From NCBI GenBank assembly GCA_031425655.1, contig JANPJS010000064.1, forward strand, positions 1 to 46,593: a stretch of DNA of 46,593 nt. The letters run 5' to 3'. Below, one piece after another: positions 35,926 to 46,391 of the stretch. Made by a program: the position numbers and the translations under genes. Source of the stretch: Abditibacteriaceae bacterium (lineage in GTDB: Bacteria > Armatimonadota > Abditibacteriia > Abditibacteriales > Abditibacteriaceae). The notes beneath the pieces were generated by a model. That model searched no databases, had not been told where the DNA came from, and saw only the letters and a list, made by a program, of their open reading frames with translations. Numbering within the stretch: position 1 is the stretch's first letter; each line of letters starts with the position of its first letter.

Positions 35926-36933
35926 TCACGGCATTAGACAGTCCAGACGCCGACGCACGCGCGATGGCAGGCGGCTGCGTTGACGCCGCCCCTGTTCGGC
36001 AGCGGTCTCGATTCGATCTTTCATTAAATTGGCGGCCTGCCAAGCCTTTTGCGATTGGGAACAAGTTATATGCGATAATCTTTCAGCGCTGATGTTAGCT
36101 CGCACATAATCGAGCGTTTCCGTGAACTTTTCCGGTTCTTCGACCTGCACGCAAGCTTGTTCTAATCCAACCTGCCCCAATAAACACCCTAACTTATGCG
36201 TGTTGCCGAGCGCGACAAAGGGAGTTCGCGCTTGAATCGAGAAGATGATGGCGTGGAACCGCATCGCTACAATCAATTCAGCTCGATGCGGCAGTGTCGG
36301 ATCAAATTCAAAGGTTTCCGATTGCCCTGGCAGGACTTCACGCAGAACGTTTTCATCACGTTCCTTCCCGAAACAAAGCGGCCAAGACTCGGCTCTACCC
36401 TCAAAACGATTGAGGACTTCTGCCCATGATTGCATGCTCCACTGTCGCTTGGGCCATGGGCGAAAGTTGACACCCATTAATCCGGGTTCGCGCGTCAACG
36501 ATAGGGAAGGCGCAAAAGTGTGTGGGTAAAGCCAGGTGATGTCAGGCGCCACAAATGTTTGCTCGAAGCCCAAAAAATCCGCGCTTTTTTGATCGCGTAG
36601 CCAAATGCAACCACCCGACTCAGAGACAACGCGAAGTTCCTCACGCAATTCCGGGTAGTAACTTATCCCCAGCCCAACACCGAAAACCGGCATTCTGGCA
36701 GCGCGAATCCATTTTTGCATCCCGGCAAAAACGCCACTGGCCTGATTCGCAATGCTGCCGCCACCTAAAAGAGCGTAGTCGCACCGCCGTAGCACGTCCA
36801 TCGGCGGAGATTCCATATGTGGCAGGAAAATCAACTCGTGATCGCCCAGCCAGCGCTCGATGCAATGTGCGATGCGGTCGTCGCCGGCATTGCGTTGGTG
36901 ATACCAGCCGAATACTACTCCTCGATAGGCCAT
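35926..36933 (-). CDS. Polysaccharide pyruvyl transferase family protein
   Basis: GWY...NAGD, LGGGS, GVGLG, LRD..S, APD, MRFHA. Confidence 0.88.
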   Translation of the reverse strand: MAYRGVVFGWYHQRNAGDDRIAHCIERWLGDHELIFLPHMESPPMDVLRRCDYALLGGGSIANQASGVFAGMQKWIRAARMPVFGVGLGISYYPELREELRVVSESGGCIWLRDQKSADFLGFEQTFVAPDITWLYPHTFAPSLSLTREPGLMGVNFRPWPKRQWSMQSWAEVLNRFEGRAESWPLCFGKERDENVLREVLPGQSETFEFDPTLPHRAELIVAMRFHAIIFSIQARTPFVALGNTHKLGCLLGQVGLEQACVQVEEPEKFTETLDYVRANISAERLSHITCSQSQKAWQAANLMKDRIETAAEQGRRQRSRLPSRVRRRLDCLMP

Positions 36934-37943
36934 TAATTGGACTGCTCCTTCACATTACTCGTGGTTACTGCATCGCTAAGGGACATAGGAGCAAACTTGC
37001 GGCGACCCCGGCGACCCCATTTTAACAACTCTTCCGCCGCCACCGGGCCGCACACGCGTGCCAACGACTGATACCAGCCACGCTCCGGATAATCGAAATG
37101 GCGCGACAAATTTTGTGCATGCTCAAATGCGATTTTGGCGGTTGCTTCAGCGCCGTTGCGATAAGCGTAAATCGCGTGTTCAAAGATGATCCCTGCCAGC
37201 GCGGCACGTCGGGAGCCAGACATCTCATAGAGATCGCAGCCTTCCAAAACATCCGCCAATTCCAACATAAATTTCACCATATGGTCTGGCAGTTGGGGCG
37301 TGCGTGTAATGCGTAGGCCGTCATGTTCCCGATGCCAGTAAAGCCATTCTTCCAATAAATGCAGCCGGACACCGCTCGCCGCCAAACGAATGTGAAAATC
37401 GAACTCCTGCGCTCTGGGCAAACCCTCGCGGAAGCCGCTAATCCGTTCGACGCAGTTCCGGCGATGCAACGGCCCTTCGGTGCTTAATCCCTGCTTCAAA
37501 CAATAAGCGAACGGATCTTGCCCCACAGGCGACAGAATCGGTCGCTTTTTGGGCCGCGCCGGGCGCCCGTCACCAAAAATATAGCCTTTGCAGAATACCA
37601 AATCGGCTTGCCCAGAAATCAAGAACGGCAGTTGCCGCTCGATTTTTTCGGGCAAAAGAACGTCGTCGGCATCAAGAAACTGTATGAATTCGCCCCGACT
37701 CATTGCCAAAGCACGGTTGCGAGCCGCGCAAGCGCCGCGATTCGGCGCCGCCTCAAATTTGATGCGCTCATCAAAGGATTCCAACACGCGCACGCTGCCA
37801 TCGGTAGAGCCGTCATCTACCACGATGACCTCGACGTGCGAATAAGTCTGCGCCAGCGCGCTTTCCACCGCTTGCGCGACAAAGGCTTCCGCGTTGTGGC
37901 AGGGAATAAGAACGCTGACAAGTGGCGAATTAGTAAAGATAAT
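36933..37943 (-). CDS. GT2 glycosyltransferase (start codon atypical)
   Basis: SPLVSVLIPCHNAE lies in frame upstream of GTG 37868; VDDGSTD, ARN, FLDADD; the only in-frame start candidates before the motif are ATT 37943 and ATC 37940. Confidence 0.85.
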   Translation of the reverse strand: MIFTNSPLVSVLIPCHNAEAFVAQAVESALAQTYSHVEVIVVDDGSTDGSVRVLESFDERIKFEAAPNRGACAARNRALAMSRGEFIQFLDADDVLLPEKIERQLPFLISGQADLVFCKGYIFGDGRPARPKKRPILSPVGQDPFAYCLKQGLSTEGPLHRRNCVERISGFREGLPRAQEFDFHIRLAASGVRLHLLEEWLYWHREHDGLRITRTPQLPDHMVKFMLELADVLEGCDLYEMSGSRRAALAGIIFEHAIYAYRNGAEATAKIAFEHAQNLSRHFDYPERGWYQSLARVCGPVAAEELLKWGRRGRRKFAPMSLSDAVTTSNVKEQSN

Positions 37944-37964
37944 AAATCACGTCCCTCGGCAGAA

Positions 37965-38663
37965 CTACCGTTTATGAAATAGATAATCGTGATGAGAAAG
38001 CTGCTCCACGACACGATATCGCTCTTTTAAGTGTTCCTCTACCTCCATGCGCGCTTCCTCAGTCTGACACTCAATGAGCAGAAAGCTCGGTGCCCAACGA
38101 TCCAAATCCAGCCCCCGTAGCACGCTCAATTCATATCCCTCAACATCTAAGGACAGGAAGTCAATGTGCGTGACGCTTGCCTCCTTAAAGATTGAATTTA
38201 GCGAGCGCGCCGGCACTTCGATTTTGCGTGGCTCAAGCCACTGTTTGACTGCCTGAAGGCGTGCTGTTTCGGCATCGCCCTGATAGGCGCCATTTACCCA
38301 AGACATACGGTCGCCCCATGTCATCTGCATCATATCGTTGGGATAATCGTCGGCCACCAGCGCACAGTTGAAGACGCGCGAGTGCGCCCTTTGCTTTACA
38401 CAGGCTTTGTAGTTGCCGGGTATCGGCTCCACGAGAATGCCACGCCACCTCTTGATTTTTTCTAGGTAATACGTATTGCTATCTGAAAAGCCGTCATGCG
38501 CACCCGCCTCCACAAAAAAACCCTGAGAGGGCAGATATTTTTCGAGCTTCACTTCCAGACCGTTGCGTGCCGGACGCGAGTAAGTGTCGCGGCCCAGTGC
38601 TTCGTAAACACGCCGCCGCAGAGTTGGAAACCTCGCCTTGATTTTTTGCTGAATAATGCTCAT
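37965..38663 (-). CDS. FkbM-family methyltransferase
   Basis: FVEAGAHDG...SNT, WRGILVEP, LSLDVEGYE. Confidence 0.9.
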   Translation of the reverse strand: MSIIQQKIKARFPTLRRRVYEALGRDTYSRPARNGLEVKLEKYLPSQGFFVEAGAHDGFSDSNTYYLEKIKRWRGILVEPIPGNYKACVKQRAHSRVFNCALVADDYPNDMMQMTWGDRMSWVNGAYQGDAETARLQAVKQWLEPRKIEVPARSLNSIFKEASVTHIDFLSLDVEGYELSVLRGLDLDRWAPSFLLIECQTEEARMEVEEHLKERYRVVEQLSHHDYLFHKR

Positions 38664-38679
38664 GAAATAAAGGCGCCCG

Positions 38680-39303
38680 TTAACCCGCCTCCTCCGCCGG
38701 GTTGGGAGTGATAGTGCCTGACGACAAGAACGGCTTACCGAAAGGATCGCTGTAGGCACCGGCTTCATCCAAATGCCGGTAAGCATCCTCGTCGCGCTGG
38801 CCTAACACGCGCCATTTCTGGCTGCCGATGATGCAGCGCGGCGGCACTTCGCCCGATACCGTAGTGCCCAAGCCGATAATCGCGCCGTCGCCAATTACCG
38901 TGCCGGGCGCGATGCACACGTTCATGCCGATCCACACGTTGCGCCCTATGGTCACGGGTTTACGAACGCTACCTTGGTCGTAAGGCAATCGCTCGCCGTC
39001 GTAGCGATGATTCACCGTATAAAGCACCAGATTGCGACTGATAACTGTGTTGTCACCGATCTTCAAGCCACCCTCGGCGCGGATGAAGGCGTTTTCGCCA
39101 ATGAATACATTTTGGCCCACTTCCATTTGCTCGGCGCCGGAAAGCCGCAGAGGGCCTCTCATAATAACGTCGGCGCCGCAGAATTTACAGCGCGCCATGA
39201 TGTCGCGAACCAATTTCTCGCCTTCGCGCATCTCGGTTTCGGCCAGCCAATGGTAAAGTTTGTTAACGCTGCGATCACGCGCGGCGCGGAGCCATTTCAA
39301 CAT
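38680..39303 (-). CDS. Hexapeptide-repeat (LbH) acyltransferase
   Basis: IG.N..I repeats, NH.Y, VWIG..V.I.PG..IGDGAIIG. Confidence 0.88.
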   Translation of the reverse strand: MLKWLRAARDRSVNKLYHWLAETEMREGEKLVRDIMARCKFCGADVIMRGPLRLSGAEQMEVGQNVFIGENAFIRAEGGLKIGDNTVISRNLVLYTVNHRYDGERLPYDQGSVRKPVTIGRNVWIGMNVCIAPGTVIGDGAIIGLGTTVSGEVPPRCIIGSQKWRVLGQRDEDAYRHLDEAGAYSDPFGKPFLSSGTITPNPAEEAG

Positions 39304-40621
39304 ACTCGTTTTCTGCGCCCTCCCGGCGGACTTCCCTATCGGCCCGGTCGCTCGCCGGCAGAGATTCAGACGGCGGCACCATCCGCCATTCCTGTTCGCA
39401 CAAAACCACACCGCCCACGCGCTTGCCGGAATTACCGAAATAATCGGAAGGCAAAACGGTGAAAGTCAGGGCGTTTTCGACTAATTCTCCGACTTCGCCA
39501 TCATCATCCCACCCCAGTTTGACCACATATTGGCCGGGAGCGAGCGCCAATTTGGGCACGCGGCAAACAAAAGAAACCATGCCCGGTGCCGACCGCGCCA
39601 ACAAGTGCGGAGCGCATTTGCTGTGCAGAGTCACGATGCGCACACCACGCTTGTTTTCAATGGCGATGCCCAGCGAAGGCATCACGCTTTCGTTGGGGCA
39701 GGCGCATTGCACTTCGAAAACCAAAGGGGCGCCGATGGGAAACTGGCCGTTTTTGTAATCCGGCTCGGCTGTAACGGTTGCTTTGGCGATGCGGGGCGCG
39801 CGGGCGTTCCGCAGCGATGCTTCGTCGGCAATGTAAACACCTTCCACGCTCGTTTCCTGACCCGCATCGTAATAATGCCGAACGCCGTCGGTCTGTGAGC
39901 CATCGAACTCGACGAGGCCTTGATTGAGCAGAATCGCGCGCGAGCAGAGCGTTTCAACCGCCGCCATGTTATGGCTCACGAAAAGCACGGTGCGCCCGGC
40001 GTGCGCGACTTCGTTCATTTTGCCCAGACACTTCTGCTGAAACGCCATGTCGCCTACGGCCAGCACTTCGTCCACGATCAGGATTTCCGGTTCCATATGC
40101 GCCGCCACCGAAAACGCCAACCGCGTATACATACCGCTGGAATAATGCTTGACCGGTGTGTCTATGAACTTTTCCACTTCCGAAAACGCCACGATTTCAT
40201 CGAATTTGCGCTTGACTTCGGCCCGGCGCATTCCCAGTATCGCGCCGTTCATGAAAATGTTCTCGCGCCCGGTCAGTTCGGGGTGAAAGCCGGTGCCCAC
40301 TTCGAGCAGCGAACCGACACGTCCATGAATCTCGATGCGGCCTGTGGTCAATCCGGTGATGCGCGAAAGGATTTTAAGCAGCGTGCTTTTGCCGGCGCCA
40401 TTGCGCCCGATGATGCCGACCACCTCGCCGCGCTTCACTTCAAACGACACGTCGCGCAACGCCCAAAAAAGGCTTTCTTCGCTCGCCGCGCGGTTTTGCA
40501 GACGGCGCAGCGGCGCCTGCCAGATTCCACTCAAGGATTCCCGCAGCGTCTTGTAGGGATCGCGCTGTCCCAATTGGTAGCGCTTCCCTAAATTTTCGAC
40601 TCGTATCGCTAAATCGCTCAT
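39275..40621 (-). CDS. wzt: Polysaccharide ABC transporter ATP-binding protein with Wzt_C domain
   Basis: GRNGAGKST, YSSGM, ILIVDEVLAVGD, VSH, C-terminal L.PG.Y. Confidence 0.92.
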   Translation of the reverse strand: MSDLAIRVENLGKRYQLGQRDPYKTLRESLSGIWQAPLRRLQNRAASEESLFWALRDVSFEVKRGEVVGIIGRNGAGKSTLLKILSRITGLTTGRIEIHGRVGSLLEVGTGFHPELTGRENIFMNGAILGMRRAEVKRKFDEIVAFSEVEKFIDTPVKHYSSGMYTRLAFSVAAHMEPEILIVDEVLAVGDMAFQQKCLGKMNEVAHAGRTVLFVSHNMAAVETLCSRAILLNQGLVEFDGSQTDGVRHYYDAGQETSVEGVYIADEASLRNARAPRIAKATVTAEPDYKNGQFPIGAPLVFEVQCACPNESVMPSLGIAIENKRGVRIVTLHSKCAPHLLARSAPGMVSFVCRVPKLALAPGQYVVKLGWDDDGEVGELVENALTFTVLPSDYFGNSGKRVGGVVLCEQEWRMVPPSESLPASDRADREVRREGAENEYVEMAPRRA

Positions 40622-40652
40622 GAATTTTTGCTGCGCCGTTTCGCTTTGTTTT

Positions 40653-41555
40653 TTACGCCACGTCAGCGAAAGTGTCCTCCATGCGCCTGAAATAAAACAG
40701 GCCGCCAATCAGGAGAACCAGAGTCGCCACGAAAGAAACCAACATCACTCCCACCGGCGGGGCGGCTTTGCCCAGCAAAGCCCAGCGAAAGCCTTCGACA
40801 ACGCCCGCCATCGGGTTCAGGGCATAGAGCAGTCGCCATTTATCCGGCACCATGCTGCTGGGATACGCGACCGGCGTCACGAAAAGCCAGATCTGCGTGA
40901 GAAAAGGAATGGCGTAGCGAACGTCACGATATTGCACGTTGAGCGCGGACAACCATAATCCGACCGACAGCGCGGCGGTCACGGCGAACAGCAAAAACAG
41001 CGGAACCGTCAGCGCCGCCCAACCGGGGACGATGCCGTAACAAAGCATCATAGCCAGCAGCACCACAAACGCGACGGCGAAATCTACCACGCCCGACAGC
41101 GCCGCCGCCAAGGGAATAATCAGACGCGGAAAATAAACTTTTTTAAGAAGATTGGCGTTGGTCACCAGACTGCTGCCTGCCTGACCCATCGTGTTGGCGA
41201 AGAGCTGCCACGGCAAAAGGGCGCAAAACACGAAAACCGGATACGGCAGGCCATCCGAGGGAATTTTGCCGAATTTGCCGAAGAAGATGCTGAAAACCAG
41301 CATCGTGCATACCGGCTGAATAATCGCCCATGCCAGACCGAGAACCGTTTGCTTGTAGCGCACCTGAATATCGCGCAGCGCCATAAACCACAGCAACTCA
41401 CTGTAATGCCACAACTCGGCGAAATTGATCGGCTGCCAGCCGCGCGCAGGCTCTAAAATGGTGACGACATCGCTTTTTATAGGCGCTTCCAGCGCAGGCG
41501 GAGGCGTTTTTAAGCTCATCGGCCCATCACTCGTCTTTGATTGCAAACTTTCCAT
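40653..41555 (-). CDS. wzm: Polysaccharide ABC transporter permease
   Basis: RDIQVRYKQT.LG..W...QP, KKVYFPR, YRD, LNPM, FAD. Confidence 0.92.
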   Translation of the reverse strand: MESLQSKTSDGPMSLKTPPPALEAPIKSDVVTILEPARGWQPINFAELWHYSELLWFMALRDIQVRYKQTVLGLAWAIIQPVCTMLVFSIFFGKFGKIPSDGLPYPVFVFCALLPWQLFANTMGQAGSSLVTNANLLKKVYFPRLIIPLAAALSGVVDFAVAFVVLLAMMLCYGIVPGWAALTVPLFLLFAVTAALSVGLWLSALNVQYRDVRYAIPFLTQIWLFVTPVAYPSSMVPDKWRLLYALNPMAGVVEGFRWALLGKAAPPVGVMLVSFVATLVLLIGGLFYFRRMEDTFADVA

Positions 41556-41564
41556 GAAATTCAA

Positions 41565-42824
41565 TTATATTCCGGCTTTTTGCCGCTGCGGACAGGCCGC
41601 TTCAAAGATTTTTATCAGTGACTTGGCAGTGGCATCCGAAGTTAGCCGGTCATCGAAGAGACGGCGAGCTGCTTGGCCCATACGCTCTCGTTCCCCCGCA
41701 TTATTCAGCAAACGATCCAATGCTTGAGCCGCAGCGGAGATGTTATGCGGCGGCAAAGCGTAGCCGTGTATGCCGTCTTGAAACACATCGTTCACACCCC
41801 CATCATTAGCGCAAACCAAAGGTTTGCCGGCGGCCATCGCTTCCATGAAAACCGTAGCGAACGGCTCGTCCCATCCAATTAAGGCGAATATATCGCTCCA
41901 CACCATCTCTTGAAGAATCCGCGAATGTGGCTGGAAACCCAGCAATTGCACGCGATTGCCCAGTCCGGTTTCCGCAACAGCCTGCTGCACCAACGAGCAT
42001 TGCGCGCCGTCGCCCGCGATACGCAGAACCGCCTGTGGATATTTGTCGGCGATTTGCGCAAAGGCTCGCACCAAAAGTGGAAACCCTTTGCGTTCGTAAA
42101 ATATACCCGCACTAAAAACAACCAATTTATTCTGGATCTCCACAGGTCGTTTTTCTTTCCATAGCGATACGGGCAAAGGCGCCACGCCATTGTGAACGGT
42201 GCATACATGGGCGTGCGGAAAAAGTTGCCGCAGGCCATCTTCCATACGATGCGCCACGCCTACCGCCGCCGCCGCTTTGTTGGCAATGCGTTCAAAGGCT
42301 TGGCGGCGCTTAGGCAAAACGGCGCAATCGGTAATTTCGCCGAAATCCCAATCAATGGTAATAAAGGGCACACCGTAAAGATCGTGTAGACGCGCGGCTA
42401 TAAAACCGTTAGCTAAGGTATGATGCGCACAAATCACATCGGGTTTGAACTCACGCATTATGCGCCGCAAATTTGCTTTCGCCGAAAGCCAACCGAGCCG
42501 TAATTGCGGTTCGGGATCACGATAAGCCAAGCGTTTCAGCGGTCCTACCTGATAGAGAAACCAATGCGGATAATCCACGCGCAGGCCGTCCCAAGAATGC
42601 ACTCGTGGGCAACACGCATAAGCCCGCGCGCCAGCCGAGAACCGCCCAGCCAAACGCGGCACCCACGAAGTCAGCGACACCACGCGCAAATCAATGCCCT
42701 GCCGCCTTAGCGCCTGCGCCTGCGATAATGCCCATGTGCCCATGAGAGGGTTGCCGGGCTTGGGAAAATACGTCGCCAAAAACAGCACACGCAGACTTCG
42801 TCCTGAATGTTCAAAATCTTTCAT
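41565..42824 (-). CDS. GT4 glycosyltransferase
   Basis: VHNGV, ERKG, EPFATVFMEAMAAGKP. Confidence 0.9.
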   Translation of the reverse strand: MKDFEHSGRSLRVLFLATYFPKPGNPLMGTWALSQAQALRRQGIDLRVVSLTSWVPRLAGRFSAGARAYACCPRVHSWDGLRVDYPHWFLYQVGPLKRLAYRDPEPQLRLGWLSAKANLRRIMREFKPDVICAHHTLANGFIAARLHDLYGVPFITIDWDFGEITDCAVLPKRRQAFERIANKAAAAVGVAHRMEDGLRQLFPHAHVCTVHNGVAPLPVSLWKEKRPVEIQNKLVVFSAGIFYERKGFPLLVRAFAQIADKYPQAVLRIAGDGAQCSLVQQAVAETGLGNRVQLLGFQPHSRILQEMVWSDIFALIGWDEPFATVFMEAMAAGKPLVCANDGGVNDVFQDGIHGYALPPHNISAAAQALDRLLNNAGERERMGQAARRLFDDRLTSDATAKSLIKIFEAACPQRQKAGI

Positions 42825-42889
42825 GGGTCTGTCTAAACCTTCGTGCTCTCGCTAAGGCAATCCTATCCGTGGTCACTCGGCGACTCAGT

Positions 42890-43612
42890 TTAGAAGTCTG
42901 TGAATGGCGTATCCCATTTGCGCTCCGTTTTACCAACTTTACGAAAGACTGTTAGTTGATTTTTACCAAGCCTTGAGGCTACTAAGCGCTTCAAGCGATT
43001 TTTGACATCCGGCAGCTCACTCCTGAAAGGCGTTAAATCAACAATTTGGTAACTTGAAGCGAAGTTTGTCTTTATGAACTGAAGCACCTTCCTCACATGA
43101 GGGTCAGTGCTATCGTCGAAAGCAACTAAAGCGCCTTGTGATAGGAGACGATTAATAAAATAGAAATCAACGAATACATCCTCGAAGAGGTGAGAGCCAT
43201 CAACGTAAACCAAGCCAAAGCGCATCTTGTCTTCCATGAGTTTCGGCAGTTCCTGACTTGAATAAGATTGACGGAAATTCATATATCCACTTAATCCTGC
43301 CCGCTCGACAGCCAACAAGCCAGCGTCATCCCACACTTGGGTCTGAAAGGGATCAATGGCTATATGTTGATTATCATGTGCGGCTCCAAAATCTCGGTGG
43401 CTGGAGGCAAAAGTGAGACAAGACCCTCCAAAGGCCAGCCCTATCTCTAAGGTGCGTTCAGGCTTGAAAGCCATGAGAAGATTACGAAGTATTATCAAAT
43501 TATTTACAGTGGAGAGTGCCCCCAAATTATCAAACTTTTTTCCGGAGCGCCCGACAACCTTTTGAGAAATGAGCATCTCCCGTAATGTTGGACAAAATAA
43601 AAAATCGTTCAT
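42890..43612 (-). CDS. Class I SAM-dependent methyltransferase (Methyltransf_24-like), AT-rich
   Basis: LEIGLAFGGS, IDP, YVDGSH, FDD. Confidence 0.85.
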   Translation of the reverse strand: MNDFLFCPTLREMLISQKVVGRSGKKFDNLGALSTVNNLIILRNLLMAFKPERTLEIGLAFGGSCLTFASSHRDFGAAHDNQHIAIDPFQTQVWDDAGLLAVERAGLSGYMNFRQSYSSQELPKLMEDKMRFGLVYVDGSHLFEDVFVDFYFINRLLSQGALVAFDDSTDPHVRKVLQFIKTNFASSYQIVDLTPFRSELPDVKNRLKRLVASRLGKNQLTVFRKVGKTERKWDTPFTDF

Positions 43613-43679
43613 CAATCCTCCACCCTCCAAACTTGCTTCGCCTCATTCCATTGTAGGAGAAAACAGATTTATGAAATCG

Positions 43680-44801
43680 TCAACGCCGCATTGTCTCGTA
43701 AATTGCTTTGCTTAAACTCTCTCCAAATAAGTCTGGCCCCCACTGCGCGATGATTTCGAGCGATGCGGCACCCATCTTAGTGAGATCACATCCTTTCCCG
43801 GCGATGTGTTCCATCTGCCCGGCTAATTCCTGCGTGTTCGTCGGCTCGAAGGTGAAACCATTACAGCCTTCGCGCACCAGATCGTAAGCGCAGCCACAGG
43901 TGCGACTCACCAGCACCGGTAACCCACAAGCCATCGCCTCATTGACTACCAGCCCCCACTGCTCCTGCAAACTGGCGTGGATGAAGCACGAAGCGAACGC
44001 CATGTAGCGGCTGATCTCCTCCTGCTGAAGAAAACCCGTAAAATGCACGTCCGGCAGGTCGAGCGAATGCGCCAAATCGCGCAAAGCCGCTTCTTCCTCC
44101 CCGCTACCGATCAACACCAGCGACCACGGCGCGTTCTTCACCTTTTGCCGATAAAGTGCATAGGCTTCGAAAACGCACCGCAAATTCTTGCGCGGCACAA
44201 AGCGGTTGACGGTCAGGAAGTAAGGCTTGTCCACAGGACGGTCGCCCGCGCTTCGCATCGCCTCGGCCTGCTGCCGGAAATCGTCGTTGCCCACCACATC
44301 GTAACCGAAAAACACGCGCTCGGCGGGCATTCCCAATTCTTGTAAATACTGCTTCGACTGCGAGCCACCCACCAGTCCGGCGTCGAAGCGGCGCACGATG
44401 CAGCTTTTCAGGCGCTCTTTCCAAGCGGCGCGCGGCGCATCATCGCTCTTGCTCTCCGACATCAGAACCGCAATTTTACCGTTGCGTTTGGCCCAACGCA
44501 GGGCCAAACGCATCTCAGGACGGGCATATCCGCAAATCGCCAGCGCATCCGGCTGCTGCCGGTTGAGATAATCGCGCAACTTCCACGAAAGCCGCGCCGT
44601 GCCTGCTTCTTCCAGCAAACCGTCGTGCAGCGAATCAAGACGCACTTCCAGATCATCACGGTTGGTCGTCCACGGGTAAGTTGCCTCGCGCGTGGCCAGT
44701 TCCAAGCCGATAACCTCATCATTAGGCAAAGCTCGCTGCGCTCCCCGCAGGCGCGCGATATGGTAAGGCCCATAATTTGTAAAGAGTATCAGCAGCTTCA
44801 T
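43680..44801 (-). CDS. GT4 glycosyltransferase
   Basis: GPYHIARL, R...KN, EQWGLVVNEAMACGLPV. Confidence 0.9.
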   Translation of the reverse strand: MKLLILFTNYGPYHIARLRGAQRALPNDEVIGLELATREATYPWTTNRDDLEVRLDSLHDGLLEEAGTARLSWKLRDYLNRQQPDALAICGYARPEMRLALRWAKRNGKIAVLMSESKSDDAPRAAWKERLKSCIVRRFDAGLVGGSQSKQYLQELGMPAERVFFGYDVVGNDDFRQQAEAMRSAGDRPVDKPYFLTVNRFVPRKNLRCVFEAYALYRQKVKNAPWSLVLIGSGEEEAALRDLAHSLDLPDVHFTGFLQQEEISRYMAFASCFIHASLQEQWGLVVNEAMACGLPVLVSRTCGCAYDLVREGCNGFTFEPTNTQELAGQMEHIAGKGCDLTKMGAASLEIIAQWGPDLFGESLSKAIYETMRR

Positions 44802-44838
44802 GGCTTCATTCGCCTCGCGGCGCTTGCCAAGCGGCACT

Positions 44839-46200
44839 TCACGCATGACGGCCCGCCCATACGGCTCCCGAAGCGGCACTGGCAGCCACTGTTTTGGGAC
44901 ACACGAAGCGTAGCATAAAGAAAAGAGGCAAACCGACAGTGGGCAGCCAAAAATTGACTGACCAGCCGCCCGGATGCGTCATTTCCATCGCGCCCAAACC
45001 CGACACCGCGATCATCAAAACGGCGCCCATTTGCTGTAAATGGTCATGCCGCAGCACATATTCCCAGACGGCACGCAATAAGACGCCGCTGATGAAACCA
45101 CCCAACAGCAACCCCGGCCACCCGAAAATGTAAAAGTATTTTCCTACCATCGAAGGCGAGGGGCCAGACAGCAGCCCAGCCAAGTTTTCCACGCTGCTAA
45201 CTCCAGTCTCACGATGAAAGCGATCCCAGGCTTCACCTTCGGGATACGATTTATCTGGCCAGGCAAAGCGTGGTATCACTCTGGTAAAAGGCTCCAAAAG
45301 CATACGGCCATAGTCGTAATTCAGCGAGTTGGGAATGTAATAAGCCGCCGAGAGCACCATGCCGAATTCTGCCCACAAATTGGTTTCGCCCTCATCCGGG
45401 GTCGCATAAAAATCGAGACTCTGTTTGTAAATCTCGCCCCAGGTTTGGTCTTTCGTGTCGAAACTCAGGTTGTGAAATTGACCCCGGTAGGTTGGAATGA
45501 AGGCAAAAAGAAAAATGGTGGCCATGATCACGCCACTCAGCGCCAGAAAACTCGGATTGCGTCGCCATGTGCCGTAAACCGCTCCCAGCAGGATAATGAG
45601 CATAAGCAACGAGCCTTCACGCGTGCCACTATAAATCATCCATACGGTGTGCACCAGCGCTAAGGCCGTCACGGCAATGCGCTGCCCTATTTTGCGCTCA
45701 GCATAAACATGGCAAAGCAGGATTAGCAGTCCCAGCATGTAGAGGCGAGGCAACACATAGATGTAAGCCGAGACATCGAAATTCGTCTTATTGCGCGGCG
45801 AGCTGCTCCAGACCTGCCAGCCGCCGGAGGTTTGGATCACCAGTGCATAACCCAGCAAACCCAGAATCGTCATCACGATGCCGACTCGAAAAATGCGCAG
45901 TGATGATTCCTCCTCACGAACTACAGGTAGCCGCCAGGCCAAACGGACGCCTTGCAGGGAGCGATGCCCTGCGATGACAGCTCCCCCTAACACCAAAAAC
46001 ATCAAGAGCGCCTTGTTGAAGGTTTCCTCGCCAAAGTAGTCAATCCAGTTTTCGCGTTCCAATAGCGGCTGCACAAAGCCGAAGTGAAAATACGCGAGCC
46101 AAAAGGTATGGATGGGATCGAGGAAAAACCATTTCTGGCCCCGCGTCAGGTAAAACAGCAAGGGGACAGCCGGCACTAAATAAAGAAGAAAATCGCTCAT
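44839..46200 (-). CDS. Wzy-like O-antigen/polysaccharide polymerase
   Basis: About 10-11 transmembrane segments, G.R motif, YG......IPRFAWPDK loop, Y..FG..G. Confidence 0.7.
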   Translation of the reverse strand: MSDFLLYLVPAVPLLFYLTRGQKWFFLDPIHTFWLAYFHFGFVQPLLERENWIDYFGEETFNKALLMFLVLGGAVIAGHRSLQGVRLAWRLPVVREEESSLRIFRVGIVMTILGLLGYALVIQTSGGWQVWSSSPRNKTNFDVSAYIYVLPRLYMLGLLILLCHVYAERKIGQRIAVTALALVHTVWMIYSGTREGSLLMLIILLGAVYGTWRRNPSFLALSGVIMATIFLFAFIPTYRGQFHNLSFDTKDQTWGEIYKQSLDFYATPDEGETNLWAEFGMVLSAAYYIPNSLNYDYGRMLLEPFTRVIPRFAWPDKSYPEGEAWDRFHRETGVSSVENLAGLLSGPSPSMVGKYFYIFGWPGLLLGGFISGVLLRAVWEYVLRHDHLQQMGAVLMIAVSGLGAMEMTHPGGWSVNFWLPTVGLPLFFMLRFVCPKTVAASAASGAVWAGRHA

Positions 46201-46391
46201 GAATGATGACGCACCCTAACAAAATCGTCCCTATAAGCTGGCCTTACGCCAAGCACGCGACACCAAACAATAGCAAGACAGGTTTTACATCTCCAAAAAC
46301 CTCCGGGGAGAAAAGGTGGAGCAAATGGATGAGATAACGGCATGGCCATAGTCATCAAGCTAAGACCAAATTGGAGTTCGTGCGGGTAAAA

